A stretch of DNA of 64,000 bases from an uncultured delta proteobacterium (GTDB taxonomy: Bacteria; Desulfobacterota; WTBG01; CAIYCZ01; CAIRTM01), in contig CAWDSQ010000005.1 in the NCBI GenBank assembly GCA_963804955.1, forward strand, positions 128,001 through 192,000, written 5' to 3'. Position 1 is the stretch's first letter; every line of letters starts with the position of its first letter. Below, piece after piece: positions 63,583 to 64,000 of this stretch. Under the pieces are notes generated by a model. It was not told the origin of the DNA. It did not search any database and saw only the letters and a program-made list of their open reading frames with translations. Position numbers and translations under genes: made by a program.

Positions 63583-64000
63583 TTAGGCCCGCTTTTGGCA
63601 TGCAGGGCACATGCCGAAAAAATCAAGCCTGTGCGATATGATTCTATAGCCTGTCTTTCGGCTCATTTCCGCGCTCAGGCTGTCAAGGCCCGCAAGTTCC
63701 GGATCCATAATTTTTCTGCACTGCATGCAAATGACATGCGGATGCGGAAACGGCCGGGTGCCGTCATAGCGGTTATTGCCATCATGAAAGCCCAGTTCCA
63801 GCACTTCGCCAATTTCCTTGAGCAGCGATACTGTTTTATAGACCGTTGCAAGGCTTGTAGTGGGAAATTCCACCCGCACCGCCTTATATATATCAGAGAC
63901 GCTCGGGTGCTCCTGGCTTGCCGCCAGTATGCGCAACACCGCATATCTCTGCGGCGTAATGCGAAAATCGCAGCTTTTCAGCTTTCCGATCATCGCTTCT
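63583..64000 (-). CDS. Fur-family regulator, PerR-like (start may lie outside window)
   Basis: RITPQR, EHPS, SLATVYKT, RYD...HPHVICMQC, CPAC; located upstream of catalase and peroxidase genes. Confidence 0.85.
   Translation of the reverse strand, partial: EAMIGKLKSCDFRITPQRYAVLRILAASQEHPSVSDIYKAVRVEFPTTSLATVYKTVSLLKEIGEVLELGFHDGNNRYDGTRPFPHPHVICMQCRKIMDPELAGLDSLSAEMSRKTGYRIISHRLDFFGMCPACQKRA

Overview
64 kb from a roughly 55% GC anaerobic bacterium; the gene content suggests Desulfobacterota/'Deltaproteobacteria' (inference). Left: a GH94 phosphorylase running off the window, a GH1 beta-glucosidase, a PAS hybrid kinase, an MCP, ychF, prc and marR. Centre (16.5-36.5 kb): a large redox locus. 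A tungsten-cofactor radical SAM maturase is divergent from aor, moaD-like, a BamC-like ferredoxin, hdrL(Cys), flxDCBA, hdrC, hdrA(Sec), a BamF-like mvhD(Sec) and a split, degenerate hdrL. It has no hdrB. Two in-frame UGA codons fall at positions where paralogues in the same locus have Cys, each followed by a SECIS-like hairpin, so they are very likely selenocysteine. Right: an acyl-CoA carboxylase beta subunit, an AP-superfamily/TPR/sulfotransferase fusion, a P-type ATPase and a ZIP transporter. Next come a secreted CxxCH protein with seven 95-aa repeats behind an ATTAC-N6-GTAAT box, a heavy-metal two-component system, and a czcCBA/PII-like operon ending in an unexpected ferrochelatase-fold lipoprotein. 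The window ends with a di-heme peroxidase-like gene, an internally deleted catalase and a perR-like gene. About 15 single-base frameshifts in otherwise intact genes are most likely assembly indels. Several MITE and REP-like repeats are present. No rRNA, tRNA or CRISPR array was seen. All family calls come from motif recognition, not database searches.
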